Shown piece after piece: positions 8,816 through 19,036 of a stretch of 64,000 nucleotides of DNA. The position numbers were made by a program, and so were the translations under genes. The stretch lies in NCBI GenBank assembly GCA_035698665.1, contig DASSBN010000013.1, forward strand, positions 15,290 to 79,289. Reading direction: 5' to 3'. Under the pieces are notes generated by a model. The model searched no databases. It saw only the letters and a list, made by a program, of their open reading frames with translations, and was not told where the DNA came from. Origin of the DNA: Gaiellaceae bacterium (lineage in GTDB: Bacteria; Actinomycetota; Thermoleophilia; Gaiellales; Gaiellaceae). Numbering within the stretch: the first letter of the stretch is position 1; every line of letters begins with the position of its first letter.

Positions 8816-9840
8816 TCAGGCCACCGCCTCCTTGTCCTTCGAGAACGCGACGAGCTGGTCCAGCCGCTCCGCCGCGGCGCCTGCGTCGAGCGCCCGCTGG
8901 GCGATCTCGTACCCCTCGGCGAGGTCCTCCGCATGTCCGCCGGCCGCGATCGCGCCACCCGCGTTCAGGAGGACGGCTTCGCGCTTCGCGCCCTTCGCGC
9001 CGGCGAAGATCTCGCGGATCGCGGCGGCGTTCTCCTCCGGAGAGCCGCCCGCCAGCTCGCCGGGTTTGCAGCGCGGGACGCCGAAGTCGAGCGGGTCGAT
9101 CTCGCGGCGGCTGACCTTCCCGTCCGCGACCTCGCAGACGAGGTTCGGGCCGATCGGCGAGAGCTCGTCGACGCCGCCTGCGCCGTGGACGACGAAGGCT
9201 CTGCGCGCGCCGAGCTGCGCGAGCACCTCGGCGATCGTGGGGACGAGCTCCGGCGCGTACACGCCGACGACCTGCGCGCGCGCCCCCGCAGGGTTCGTGA
9301 GCGGGCCGAGGACGTTGAAGACCGTTCTGGCCGCGAGCTCGCGGCGCACGGGAGCGGCATGCCGCATCGCGGGGTGGTGGGAGGGAGCGAAGAGGAAGCC
9401 GAAGCCGAGCTCGTCGATCGAGCGCTCGATTCGCTCGGCGGGCTGCTCGAGGTCGAAGCCGAGCGCCTCGAGCACGTCGGCCGAGCCCGAGGACGAGGAA
9501 ACCGCGCGGTTTCCGTGCTTTGCGACGCCGGCTCCCGCGGCAGCCGCGACGAGCGCGGCGGCGGTCGAGATGTTGAACGTGCCGGCTCCGTCACCACCGG
9601 TCCCGGCCGTGTCGACGAGGTCGTCCCGCCGAGGGCTGACGGAGAGGACGTGCGCCCGCATGGCCTCGGCGCACCCCGCGATCTCGTCTGCGGTCTCGCC
9701 CTTGAGGCGCAGCGCGATCAGGAAGCCGCCGATCTGCGCGGGCGTCGCGTCCCCGCTCATGATCTCGCCCATGACCTCGCGCGCCTCGTCGCGGCTCAGG
9801 TCATGGCCGTCGAGGAGCCGCGCCAGCCCTTCCTGGATCG

Positions 9841-9844
<4 letters not shown>
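8816..9844 (-). CDS. trpD: anthranilate phosphoribosyltransferase
   Basis: 342 aa with DTAGTGGDGAGTFNISTAAA and KHGNRAVSS blocks. Confidence 0.95.
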
Positions 9845-10400
<556 letters not shown>

Positions 10401-10404
<4 letters not shown>

Positions 10405-11636
10405 GCCGCCTCGGCCTCCTCGAGCGCGGCCTCGAGCGCCGCAAGCTTCCGCAGGCACTCCTCGTGCTCGGCGGCCGGATCCGAATCGGCGACGATGCCC
10501 GCCCCGGCCTGCAGGCGCGCGAGCCCGCCTTCGAGGACGATGGTGCGGATCGCGATGCACGTGTCGAAGGAGCCGCCGGGGAGCGCGTAGCCGACCGCGC
10601 CCGCGTACGGGCCGCGGCGGTAGGCCTCGAGCTCGGAGATGATCTGCATGGCACGCACTTTCGGCGCTCCCGACACGGTGCCCGCCGGAAAGCAGGCGCG
10701 CAAGAGGTCGAACGGGCCGGTTCCGGGCAGGAGCTCGCCCGCGACCTCGGAGACGAGGTGCGTGACGTGCGAGTAGCGCTCGGGCTCCAGGAACTTGCCC
10801 ACACGCACCGTGCCCGGCCTGCATACGCGCGAGAGATCGTTGCGGCCGAGGTCGACGAGCATGATGTGCTCGGCGCGGTCCTTCTCCGAGGCGAGGAGCT
10901 CCTCGGCGTCGCCCTCGCCCGGCCCGGTCGTGCCGGCGATGGGGTTGAGGCTCGCGCGCGTCCCCTCGAGCTTCACGAGGGTCTCGGGCGAGGACCCGAC
11001 CAACGAGATCCCGTCCAGGTCGAGGAGAAAGTGGTACGGCGAGGGGTTGATGCGGCGGAGCGACCGGTAGAGCGCGAGGGCAGAAACGTCCGTCGGTCGC
11101 TCCGCCCTTTGGGAAACCACTATCTGGAACGCATCGCCGTCACGGATGTATTCCTTCGCCTGCCCGACGCTCTCCTCGTAGTGCTCTCTGGACGGGTGGC
11201 GCGTGGTCTCGCCGTGGATCGCCGGGCTGCGCTTCGGCTCGCTGCGCTCGCCCGCGAGGAGCGCGGCGACCGCGTCCCTGTCTCCGGTGAGGACCTCGGC
11301 GACGCTGGCCGCGTGGTCGAAGCGGACGAGCGTCGAGGCGACGACGAAGCGGCTCTCGGGAAGCCCGGCACCCTCGTCGGGGAGGGGCACGGTCGGCTCG
11401 AGCTCCGCGATGTGGTCGTAGGCGAGGTAGCCGACGACGGGGCTCCCGGAGGCAAGCGCACGCTCGGCCTCGGCGAAGTCGACGATGCGCGTCCCGCGCC
11501 CGACGAGGCTGTAGCGCCCGAGGCGCCCCTTTTCCACGGACTCGAGGAGGAACGCCGCGCCGCCCTCGGCGGCCAGGCGGAGGTAGGCCCCGAGCGGGGT
11601 GATCAGGTCTGCGTGGATGTCGCTAACGATCGTCAT
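10401..11636 (-). CDS. trpE: anthranilate synthase component I
   Basis: Chorismate-binding blocks are present (SPETLVKL, GTVSGAPKVRAMQII, RGPYAGAVGY). The ATG at 11636 is preferred because the TTG at 11645 used by the track lies inside the attenuator U-tract. Confidence 0.9.
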
Positions 11637-11638
11637 GG

Positions 11639-11670
11639 CAAACAAAAAGACCTTCCGCGAGAAGGCCTTC
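11639..11670 (-). terminator. trp attenuator: intrinsic terminator hairpin plus U-tract just upstream of trpE
   Basis: The minus strand reads GGCCTTC-TCGCG-GAAGGTC: a 7-bp stem with one G-U pair and a 5-nt loop. It is followed by TTTTTGTTTG and then GCC ATG. The right arm GGAAGG doubles as the only SD-like sequence for trpE. Confidence 0.6.
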
Positions 11671-11697
11671 GAGCGGAACGGGGATGTCGACCCTTCT

Positions 11698-11763
11698 TCA
11701 GCAGGCGTCGCTCCCGCTCCGCTCGCGGCGCCAGGCCCACCAGGTGCGGATTGCGGGAGTCAC
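11698..11763 (-). CDS. trpL: candidate trp leader peptide (21 aa, MTPAIRTWWAWRRERSGSDAC)
   Basis: GTG at 11763 and TGA at 11700-11698. Three Trp codons fall within four codons (TGG TGG GCC TGG at 11742-11731). The GTG lies 8 nt downstream of a -10 hexamer, so it may be leaderless. Not in the ORF track. Confidence 0.5.
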   Translation of the reverse strand: MTPAIRTWWAWRRERSGSDAC

Positions 11764-11771
11764 TGTCTCAG

Positions 11772-11801
11772 AGCGTAGGACACGGGTCCGGGGCCCGTCA
11801 A
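11772..11801 (-). promoter_or_regulatory. candidate sigma-70-type promoter of the trp operon (TTGACG-N18-TACGCT)
   Basis: -35 TTGACG at 11801-11796 and -10 TACGCT at 11777-11772, read on the minus strand. Confidence 0.5.
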
Positions 11802-11825
11802 CTGCTCTGGCATTAATGCGGGCGG

Positions 11826-13178
11826 ATGGTCTTCGAGCCGCCGCCCATCGACTCGGCGCCGATCGACGAGGAGCCGCTGGACCCCGACCGGCATCCGATC
11901 CGCGTCGTCGTCACCGACGACCTGCATCGCTGGCGGCTGACGGTGGGGTTCCGCTGGATCCTGGTCATCCCGCTTCTCATCTGGCTCTTCATCTGGTCGA
12001 TCGGCGCGTTCTTCGCCGGGATCGTCAACTGGTTCCTGACCCTCATCAAGGGCCGCTCGCCCATCGCACTCCACGACTTCTTCGCGTCGTACGTCCGCTT
12101 CACGACGCACCTGCACGCCTACCTGTTCCTCGCGGCCGACCCGTATCCGAACTTCACCGGCAAGCCCGGCTACCCGGTGGACGTGGAGATCGACCCGCCG
12201 GGGCCGCAGAGCCGCTGGAAGACCTTCTTCCGTATCTTCCTCGCCGTCCCGGCCATCGCGATCGCATCGACCCTCGTCGGGGCGCCGGGTGGGGGAGGCG
12301 GCAACTCGAGCTACCAGGATCAGGGCTCCGGGGCGGACTACACGTACGGCGTCACCTTCGCCTCGGGCTTTTTCCTGCTCTCGGTGGTCGCCTGGTTCGC
12401 GTGTCTCGCACGCGGGCGCATGCCGAACGGGATGCGTGACCTCTTCGCCTACGGCCTGCGCTACGCGGCGCAGACGTGGGGGTACGTCTTCATGCTCACC
12501 GACCGCTATCCGAACACGGACCCCACGGAGCCGGCCGCCGACCTACCGGTCGACCCGAGGCCCGTCACGCTCCACGTGAGCGACGACCTGCGCCGCTCGC
12601 GCCTGACCGTCTTCTTCCGCTTCCTCCTCTTCCTCGTGCACCTCTTCTGGCTCGTCCTCTGGAGCATCGCCATCTTCTTTGCCTCGATCGTGAACTGGTT
12701 CGCGACGCTCATCATGGGCAGGTCGCCGAACGCGCTGCACCGCTTCATCGCCGCCTATGTGCAGTACACGGTTCACATCTCTGCGTACGTGTTTCTGATC
12801 GCGAACCCGTTCCCCGGCTTCGTGGGCAAGCCGGGCACGTATCCGGTGGAGGTCTCGATCGACGGCCCCGAGCGCCAGCACCGGCTGAAGACGCTCGTCC
12901 GCATCTTCCTCGCGATTCCGGCGTTTCTCATCAACGGGACGCTGAGCGGGGTGCTCTTCTTCGTCGCCTTCTTCGGCTGGTTCGTCGGCCTCTTCCTCGG
13001 ACGCATGCCGCTCGGCTTCCGGAATGTCGGCGCCTGGGCGCTGCGCTACAGCGCCGAGACGAACGCGTACGCCCTCCTCCTCACCGACGTGTACCCCTAC
13101 AGCGGCCCGTGGGAGTTCGCTCCGCCTCGACCGGCGCCGGCTGAGCCCGAGCCCGAGCCGGAGCCGGCGTTCGCATAG
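11826..13178 (+). CDS. membrane protein with two tandem DUF4389-like domains
   Basis: The two halves repeat the pattern RLTVxFRxxLxIPxxIWLxxWSIxxFFAxIVNWFxTLIxGRSPxALHxF..YPxxxP. Confidence 0.8.
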   Translation: MVFEPPPIDSAPIDEEPLDPDRHPIRVVVTDDLHRWRLTVGFRWILVIPLLIWLFIWSIGAFFAGIVNWFLTLIKGRSPIALHDFFASYVRFTTHLHAYLFLAADPYPNFTGKPGYPVDVEIDPPGPQSRWKTFFRIFLAVPAIAIASTLVGAPGGGGGNSSYQDQGSGADYTYGVTFASGFFLLSVVAWFACLARGRMPNGMRDLFAYGLRYAAQTWGYVFMLTDRYPNTDPTEPAADLPVDPRPVTLHVSDDLRRSRLTVFFRFLLFLVHLFWLVLWSIAIFFASIVNWFATLIMGRSPNALHRFIAAYVQYTVHISAYVFLIANPFPGFVGKPGTYPVEVSIDGPERQHRLKTLVRIFLAIPAFLINGTLSGVLFFVAFFGWFVGLFLGRMPLGFRNVGAWALRYSAETNAYALLLTDVYPYSGPWEFAPPRPAPAEPEPEPEPAFA

Positions 13179-13189
13179 CCAGGCGGGCG

Positions 13190-14389
13190 GTGATCGGGGT
13201 CGCCCTCGCGGCCGCCGTCGCCGGCTGGCTCGTTGCTGCGTACTTCCTCTGGCAGAGCGTCATCCCCGACGGTCTTCGGCTCCCGGACGTCGACGAGACA
13301 GCGCTCTTCCCCTCTTCGACGCTCTCCGAGGCCGAGGCGTACGAGCGCTTCGTGCGCTGGGACTTCGTGGCGGCGGAGCTCGTCGTTCTCGCCGTGGTCG
13401 CCGTGTACGCGCGCATCGGCCCGAGGTTCACGCGCGAATCGGCCGCAGGCCCGATCGGGACCGGGATGCTGCTCGCGATGCTCGGTCTGGGACTCGTCTG
13501 GCTCCTGCAGCTTCCCTTCGGGCTGGCCGAGCTCTGGTGGCAGCGTCGCCATGACGTCACCAGGGCCTCGTACGGCGAATGGATCCTGAGCGGCTGGCTG
13601 GGGCTCGGCGGCCAGTTTCTCTTCATCTGCCTGGCCATGCTGATCGTGGTCGGGCTCGCCCAGGTCGTCGGCGACTGGTGGTGGATCCCGGGCAGCGCCG
13701 CCTTCGTGGGGCTGGCGCTCCTGTTCACCTTCATCACCCCGTACCTGCTTCCCGGCCAGAAGTCGCTCCACCGGCCCGCGCTTGCGGCGTCCGCGAGAAC
13801 CTACGAGGAGGAGCTCCGCCTCGACGACATCCCGATCAAGGTGCAGGACGTGAGCGGCGAGACGACGCTCCCGAACGCGGAGGCGGTCGGCCTCGGGCCC
13901 ACACGGCGGGTGATCCTCTGGAGCACGATTCTCCGCAGGCCGTTCACGCTCGACGAGCAGCGCGTCGTCCTTGCACACGAGCTCGGGCACCACGATCGCA
14001 ACCACCTCTGGAAGAGCGTCGGCTGGTACGCGCTCTTCGCCCTTCCCGGAGCCTTCGTCATCGCGCTCGTGACGAGGAGGCGAGGGGGAATGCGCAATCC
14101 GGAAGCCGTCCCGCTCGGGCTCCTCACGTTCATCGTGCTCTCGCTCCTCGCCATGCCGCTCCTGAACGTCGTCACCCGGCACATGGAGGCCGAGGCCGAC
14201 TGGGTCGCGCTCACCCTGACTCGCGACCCGCAGGACGCCGAGGGCCTCTTCAAGCAGTTCACGTACGCCGCGCACGCCGACCCGAGCCCGCCGACGTGGA
14301 CGTACGTGCTGATGGAGACGCACCCGACCGGCCTCCAGCGGATCGAGATGGCCCGCGCGTGGCTGGCGCGCCAGCAAGCCGCATCCTGA
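13190..14389 (+). CDS. M48-family zinc metallopeptidase (Ste24/HtpX-like), membrane
   Basis: Several TM segments plus an HELGHH zinc motif, with a downstream ETHP/E region. Confidence 0.85.
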   Translation: MIGVALAAAVAGWLVAAYFLWQSVIPDGLRLPDVDETALFPSSTLSEAEAYERFVRWDFVAAELVVLAVVAVYARIGPRFTRESAAGPIGTGMLLAMLGLGLVWLLQLPFGLAELWWQRRHDVTRASYGEWILSGWLGLGGQFLFICLAMLIVVGLAQVVGDWWWIPGSAAFVGLALLFTFITPYLLPGQKSLHRPALAASARTYEEELRLDDIPIKVQDVSGETTLPNAEAVGLGPTRRVILWSTILRRPFTLDEQRVVLAHELGHHDRNHLWKSVGWYALFALPGAFVIALVTRRRGGMRNPEAVPLGLLTFIVLSLLAMPLLNVVTRHMEAEADWVALTLTRDPQDAEGLFKQFTYAAHADPSPPTWTYVLMETHPTGLQRIEMARAWLARQQAAS

Positions 14390-14404
14390 AGGTACGCTCC
14401 TTCC

Positions 14405-15556
14405 ATGGCACGCGCGGTCATCGTCTCGGCGGTCCGAACGCCGTTCGGGAAGCTCGGCGGGGCGCTAAGGGACTACGAAGCTCCCCAGCTCGGAGCGGTC
14501 GCGATCCGCGCCGCGCTCGACCGCGCGGGTGTCCCGGACGACGAAGTCGAGTACGTGACGATGGGCCAGGTGCTCCAGGGCGGAGCCGGGCAGGCGCCCG
14601 CGAGACAGGCCGCCGTCGGCGCCGGCCTTCCCGTCGAGATCCCTTCGGACACGATCAACAAGGTCTGCGCGTCGAGCATCCGCGCTGTCCAGATCGCCGA
14701 CCAGATGATCCGTTCAGGCGACCACAGCGTCATCGTCGCGGGCGGGATGGAGTCCATGACGAATGCTCCGTACGTGCTGAAGAAGGCGCGCTTCGGCTAC
14801 CGCCTGGGCGACGGCTCGCTGATCGACCTCATGACACACGACGGCCTCACGTCGACCTTCGACCAGAAGCACATGGTCGAGCAGGCGTCCTTCGTCGCCC
14901 GAGAGCTCGGCATCTCCCGTGAGGATCAGGACCGCTGGGCGCTTCGCTCGCACGAGCGCGCGGTGCATGCGATGGAGTCAGGGCTCTTCGACGACGAGCT
15001 CGTCCCCGTCGGCGAGCACACCGTGGACGAAGGCCCCCGGCGCGACACCTCGTACGAGAAGCTCTCCGCCCTGAAGCCCGTCTTCGATCCCGAGGGGACG
15101 ACGACGGCGGGCAACGCGCCCGGGGTGAACGACGGCGCCGGTGCGCTCGTGATCACGAGCGACGAGTACGCCAAGGCGCGCGGCCTCGAGGTGCTCGCGA
15201 CGATCGTCGCACAGGCCTACGTCGCCGACGAGTTCGCCTACCTCGCGCGCACGCCCGCGAAGGCGGGCACGAAGGCGCTCGAGAAGGTGGGGAAGACGAT
15301 CGACGACGTCGAGCGCGTCGAGCTCAACGAGGCCTTCTCCTCCGTGGTCGTGCATTCCGCCGAGCTCCTCGGTGCCGACCCGGACCGCGTCAACGTGAAC
15401 GGCGGCGCCGTCGCGCTCGGGCATCCGATCGGCGCGTCGGGCGCGCGCATTCTCACCACGATGGTTCACGAGCTGCGCCGGAACGGCGGCGGGCTCGGGC
15501 TCGCCGCGATCTGCTCGGGCGGCGGCGGCGGCGACGCCGTTCTCATCGAGGTCTAG
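14405..15556 (+). CDS. acetyl-CoA C-acetyltransferase (thiolase II)
   Basis: NKVCASSIRAV (active-site Cys), NVNGGAVALGHPIGASGARI and CSGGGGGDAV blocks. Confidence 0.95.
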   Translation: MARAVIVSAVRTPFGKLGGALRDYEAPQLGAVAIRAALDRAGVPDDEVEYVTMGQVLQGGAGQAPARQAAVGAGLPVEIPSDTINKVCASSIRAVQIADQMIRSGDHSVIVAGGMESMTNAPYVLKKARFGYRLGDGSLIDLMTHDGLTSTFDQKHMVEQASFVARELGISREDQDRWALRSHERAVHAMESGLFDDELVPVGEHTVDEGPRRDTSYEKLSALKPVFDPEGTTTAGNAPGVNDGAGALVITSDEYAKARGLEVLATIVAQAYVADEFAYLARTPAKAGTKALEKVGKTIDDVERVELNEAFSSVVVHSAELLGADPDRVNVNGGAVALGHPIGASGARILTTMVHELRRNGGGLGLAAICSGGGGGDAVLIEV

Positions 15557-15612
15557 GGAACCGCGGTGCTCGGCCGCGTGTCTCTCCACCTCGGGCGGGG
15601 TAGAGAGAGTCC

Positions 15613-16443
15613 GTGGTGACGCGAGCCCTTCCGATTCGCACGAGCAGCGTGCGCGACGCGGTGCAAGACATCGCCGCGTGCTTCTCCGAGCACAGCCTCC
15701 TGACGTACGCCTCGGCGATCGCGTACCGGGCGCTCATCGCGCTCGTCCCGCTGACGCTGCTCGGCCTCGCGCTCCTCGGTGTCTTCGGCCTCGAGGACGT
15801 CTGGACGGACACGATCGCGCCGGCGCTCGAGGCCCACTTGACGCAGCCCGTCTTCAACGGAATCGACTTCACCGTTCGGCAGGTCTTCGAGAGCGACACG
15901 GCCTCGCTCATCGCGCTCGCCACCGTGCTGGTCGTGTGGGACATGACCTGGGCCGTGAACGCCGTCACGCAGGCGCTGAACCGAATCCATGAGGTGCAGG
16001 AGCGCCGTTCGAGAATCCGGCGGATCCTGGTCGCGTCCGGCCTCGGCGTCGCGGTCGTCGCGTGTCTCGTGGCCGCGACTCTCGTCCAGGCTGTCGCTCC
16101 CGCCCTGACCGACGGCGCGCTCGACACGGTTCTCAGCATCGTTCGCTGGCCGGTCGCGATCCTCTTTCTCTGGGCCGCTGTGACGCTGCTTTTCCGCTAC
16201 GCGCCCGCGGAGAAGCCGGAGATGCGTTGGGCGAGCGTGGGCTCGTTCCTCGTCATCGCCACGTGGCTCATCGCTTCAGCGCTCTTCCGCGGATGGGTGA
16301 CGGAGGTCGCGAACTTCAGGAGCGCGACGGGAAGCCTGACGGTCTTCCTCCTGCTCACTGCCTACATCCTCGTCACCGCGACGATCTTCCTCATCGGGGC
16401 CGAGGTCGACGAGCGGGCGCGCAAGCAGAGTCGCCGCTCGTAA
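15613..16443 (+). CDS. YihY/BrkB-family membrane protein
   Basis: LTYASAIAYRALIALVPL N-terminal signature and multiple TM segments. Confidence 0.8.
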   Translation: MVTRALPIRTSSVRDAVQDIAACFSEHSLLTYASAIAYRALIALVPLTLLGLALLGVFGLEDVWTDTIAPALEAHLTQPVFNGIDFTVRQVFESDTASLIALATVLVVWDMTWAVNAVTQALNRIHEVQERRSRIRRILVASGLGVAVVACLVAATLVQAVAPALTDGALDTVLSIVRWPVAILFLWAAVTLLFRYAPAEKPEMRWASVGSFLVIATWLIASALFRGWVTEVANFRSATGSLTVFLLLTAYILVTATIFLIGAEVDERARKQSRRS

Positions 16444-16452
16444 GCTAGGGCG

Positions 16453-17295
16453 GTGAATTTCGGCCACGTCCTCGTCGTCGGCGCCGGCCAGATGGGCGGG
16501 GGCATTGCACAGGTCCTCGCAGCTTCCGGCCGGCGCGTCTCGCTGTACGACGCGGCCCCGGGCGCCGTGGAACACGGGCTCGCGGCGATGGGCAAGAGCC
16601 TCGAGCGCCTCGCCGCGAAGGGCGCCGACGTCGTCCCCGACGACGTGCTCGGCCGCGTTTCCCCCGTGGACGGGATCGTGCCGGCCGACCTGATGATCGA
16701 GGCCGTCGTCGAGGACCAGGCGGTGAAGGAGGCGATCTTCCGGGAGGCCGACTCGGTTCTCCCCGCGGAGGCCGTCCTCGCGTCGAACACGTCGTCGATC
16801 CCGATCGCCTCGCTCGCCGCGGTGACGGAGCGGCCGGAGAGGGTGATCGGCATGCACTTCTTCAACCCTGTGCCGGTCATGGCCCTCGTCGAGGTCGTCA
16901 GCACGAAGGAGACCTCGGCCGAGACGCGGGCTCGAGTGGTCGAGCTCGCGCAGGAGCTCGGGAAGACGCCGGCGGAGGCCAACGACTTCCCCGGCTTCGT
17001 CTCCAACCGAATCCTCCTGCCGTTCATCAACGAGGCCGTCTGGGCGCTCCACGACGGTGTGGCCGAGCCGGAGGCGATCGACACGATCGCCAAGCTCGGC
17101 TTCAACCATCCGATGGGCCCGCTGGCGCTCGCCGACCTGATCGGCCTCGACACGTGCGTCGCGATTCTCGAGGTCCTCCGCGACGGGCTGGGGGACGAGC
17201 GCTACGACCCGTGCCCGCTCCTTCGCGAGCACGTGGCCGCAGGGCGCCTGGGCCGGAAATCCGGCGCAGGCTTCTATTCGTACGAATCACCCTAA
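16453..17295 (+). CDS. hbd: 3-hydroxybutyryl-CoA dehydrogenase
   Basis: VVGAGQMGGGIAQV Rossmann motif, NTSSIPI, HFFNPVPVM and GFVSNRIL blocks. Confidence 0.9.
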   Translation: MNFGHVLVVGAGQMGGGIAQVLAASGRRVSLYDAAPGAVEHGLAAMGKSLERLAAKGADVVPDDVLGRVSPVDGIVPADLMIEAVVEDQAVKEAIFREADSVLPAEAVLASNTSSIPIASLAAVTERPERVIGMHFFNPVPVMALVEVVSTKETSAETRARVVELAQELGKTPAEANDFPGFVSNRILLPFINEAVWALHDGVAEPEAIDTIAKLGFNHPMGPLALADLIGLDTCVAILEVLRDGLGDERYDPCPLLREHVAAGRLGRKSGAGFYSYESP

Positions 17296-17345
17296 AGAGT
17301 TAGGCCATCTGGCCCGATACAGAGGGCTACTGGCAAAACGGGGGT

Positions 17346-18422
17346 ATGGGCGGGATGCGAATCCTGCTTGTCGACGACGATGATGGCCTGAGGGCGCTGC
17401 TCCGGACGACGTTCGAAGCCGTGGACGTGGAGCTGGAGGAGGCCGCGGACGCGCCCGGTGCGATCGAAGCGATGCGCCGCCGGCGCCCGGATGTCGTCGT
17501 GCTCGATGTGCGCATGCCGGGCGGAGACGGGCTCGACCTCTGCCGAGACCTCAAGGCCGACCCCGCAACCGACGGCATCTCCGTCGTTCTCCTCACCGGC
17601 TCGGACGGCGGCACCGCGGAGGCGGCGGCAGAGGCCGGAGCGGACGCCTTCCTGCGCAAGCCGTTCAGCCCGCTCGAGCTCCTCGCGATCGTCGAGCGCC
17701 TCGCGGGCGGCCTGCATCCTGTTCCCTTCCGCGCCGCGCGGGCGGAGACCGTCACGGAGCAGCTCCAGCTCTACGCGCGGGATCTTCGCCACCTCCTCGA
17801 GATCGAGCGCGGGCAGCGTCTGCTTCTCGCCGAGGGGTACCGGGAGACGGTCACCGCGCTCGCAACAGCGCTCGAGTCCAAGGACAGCGGCACGGGCACG
17901 CATTCGCAGCGAGTCCAGCGCTACGCCATCGAGCTGGCCCGCACCCTCGGCAGCGACCTCGCGGACGACCCGAGCGCCGAGTACGGCTTTCTCCTCCACG
18001 ACGTCGGCAAGATCGGAATCCCGGACAGCATCCTCCAGAAGCCGGGCCCGCTCACCCAGGAGGAGCGGGTGCAGATGCAAACGCACACGATCCTCGGCGA
18101 GCAGATGCTCGGCGGCGTCGCGTTCCTCCGGGGCGCGGGGCTCGAGATCGTTCGCTCGCACCACGAGCGCTGGGACGGCGGCGGCTATCCCGACGGGCTC
18201 GCCGGCGAGGACATCCCCGTGGGCGCAAGGATCTTCGCCGTCGCAGACACGCTCGACGCGATGACGAGCAACCGCCCGTACCGGCGCGCGCTTCCGTGGG
18301 CCTCGGCCGGCATCGAGATCCGGCGGCAGCTCGGAGGCCAGTTCGACCCGGCGATCGTCCGTGCGTTCGACGATGCAGAGCCGCGGCTCGAGGCCGTGTA
18401 CGCCGAGTTGCGCGCGGCCTGA
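17346..18422 (+). CDS. response regulator with HD-GYP phosphodiesterase domain
   Basis: Receiver domain (ILLVDDDD..VVVLDVRMPGGDG) followed by HD-GYP motifs (LLHDVGKIGIP, HHERWDGGGYPDGL). Confidence 0.9.
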   Translation: MGGMRILLVDDDDGLRALLRTTFEAVDVELEEAADAPGAIEAMRRRRPDVVVLDVRMPGGDGLDLCRDLKADPATDGISVVLLTGSDGGTAEAAAEAGADAFLRKPFSPLELLAIVERLAGGLHPVPFRAARAETVTEQLQLYARDLRHLLEIERGQRLLLAEGYRETVTALATALESKDSGTGTHSQRVQRYAIELARTLGSDLADDPSAEYGFLLHDVGKIGIPDSILQKPGPLTQEERVQMQTHTILGEQMLGGVAFLRGAGLEIVRSHHERWDGGGYPDGLAGEDIPVGARIFAVADTLDAMTSNRPYRRALPWASAGIEIRRQLGGQFDPAIVRAFDDAEPRLEAVYAELRAA

Positions 18423-18457
18423 CTCGCCCCTTCACCGCGGCCTATACTCGCCGCCGG

Positions 18458-19036
18458 ATGAGCCGACGCCGCGACGAGCCGGTCCGCCTGACGAAGATCT
18501 ACACCCGCGGGGGCGACAAGGGCGAGACGAGCCGTGGAGACGGAAAGCGCGTGCCGAAGACCGACCCGCGCATCGCGGCGTACGGCACCGTGGACGAGCT
18601 CAACTCCCACCTCGGCCTCGTGCTCGCCACCGAGGACCTTGCCGCCGAGTTCCGGCCCTGGCTCGAGCAGGTGCAGAACGACCTCTTCGACGTCGGCGCC
18701 GACCTCTCCGTCCCCATCACCGACGAGCGCGAGCGGTTGCGCGTGCGCCAGCAGCAGGTCGACCGGCTCGAGGAGCTCTGCGACCGGGTCAACGAACGGC
18801 TCGAGCCTCTGAAGAGCTTTGTCCTTCCCGGCGGCGGGGAGGCGGCCGCCCGTCTGCACGTCGCCCGCGCCGTCTGCCGGCGGGCAGAACGGGAGGCTCA
18901 CGCCCTCACCGAGACGGAGGACGCAAGTCCCGTCGCGCTCGCATACCTGAACCGGCTCTCCGACCTGCTCTTCATCCTCGCCCGGGCCGCAGTGAGAGGC
19001 GAGGAACCGCTCTGGAAGCCTGGCAGCTCGCGCTAG
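18458..19036 (+). CDS. PduO-type ATP:cob(I)alamin adenosyltransferase
   Basis: The internal ATG of the track ORF was chosen. KIYTRGGDKGETS signature and LNRLSDLLF. Confidence 0.9.
   Translation: MSRRRDEPVRLTKIYTRGGDKGETSRGDGKRVPKTDPRIAAYGTVDELNSHLGLVLATEDLAAEFRPWLEQVQNDLFDVGADLSVPITDERERLRVRQQQVDRLEELCDRVNERLEPLKSFVLPGGGEAAARLHVARAVCRRAEREAHALTETEDASPVALAYLNRLSDLLFILARAAVRGEEPLWKPGSSR

Noticed and set aside
5664-8958. Track ORFs of 650, 766 and 485 aa that suggest very long Trp proteins
   Set aside because: The N-terminal extensions are Arg/Pro-rich read-through of upstream genes in other frames. The gene boundaries were reset to internal starts that produce canonical TrpA, TrpB and TrpCF N-termini with ATGA overlaps.
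11643-11645. TTG start for trpE used by the ORF track
   Set aside because: It lies within the U-tract of the attenuator terminator. The ATG at 11636, 9 nt downstream, gives MTIVSD.. and is preferred.
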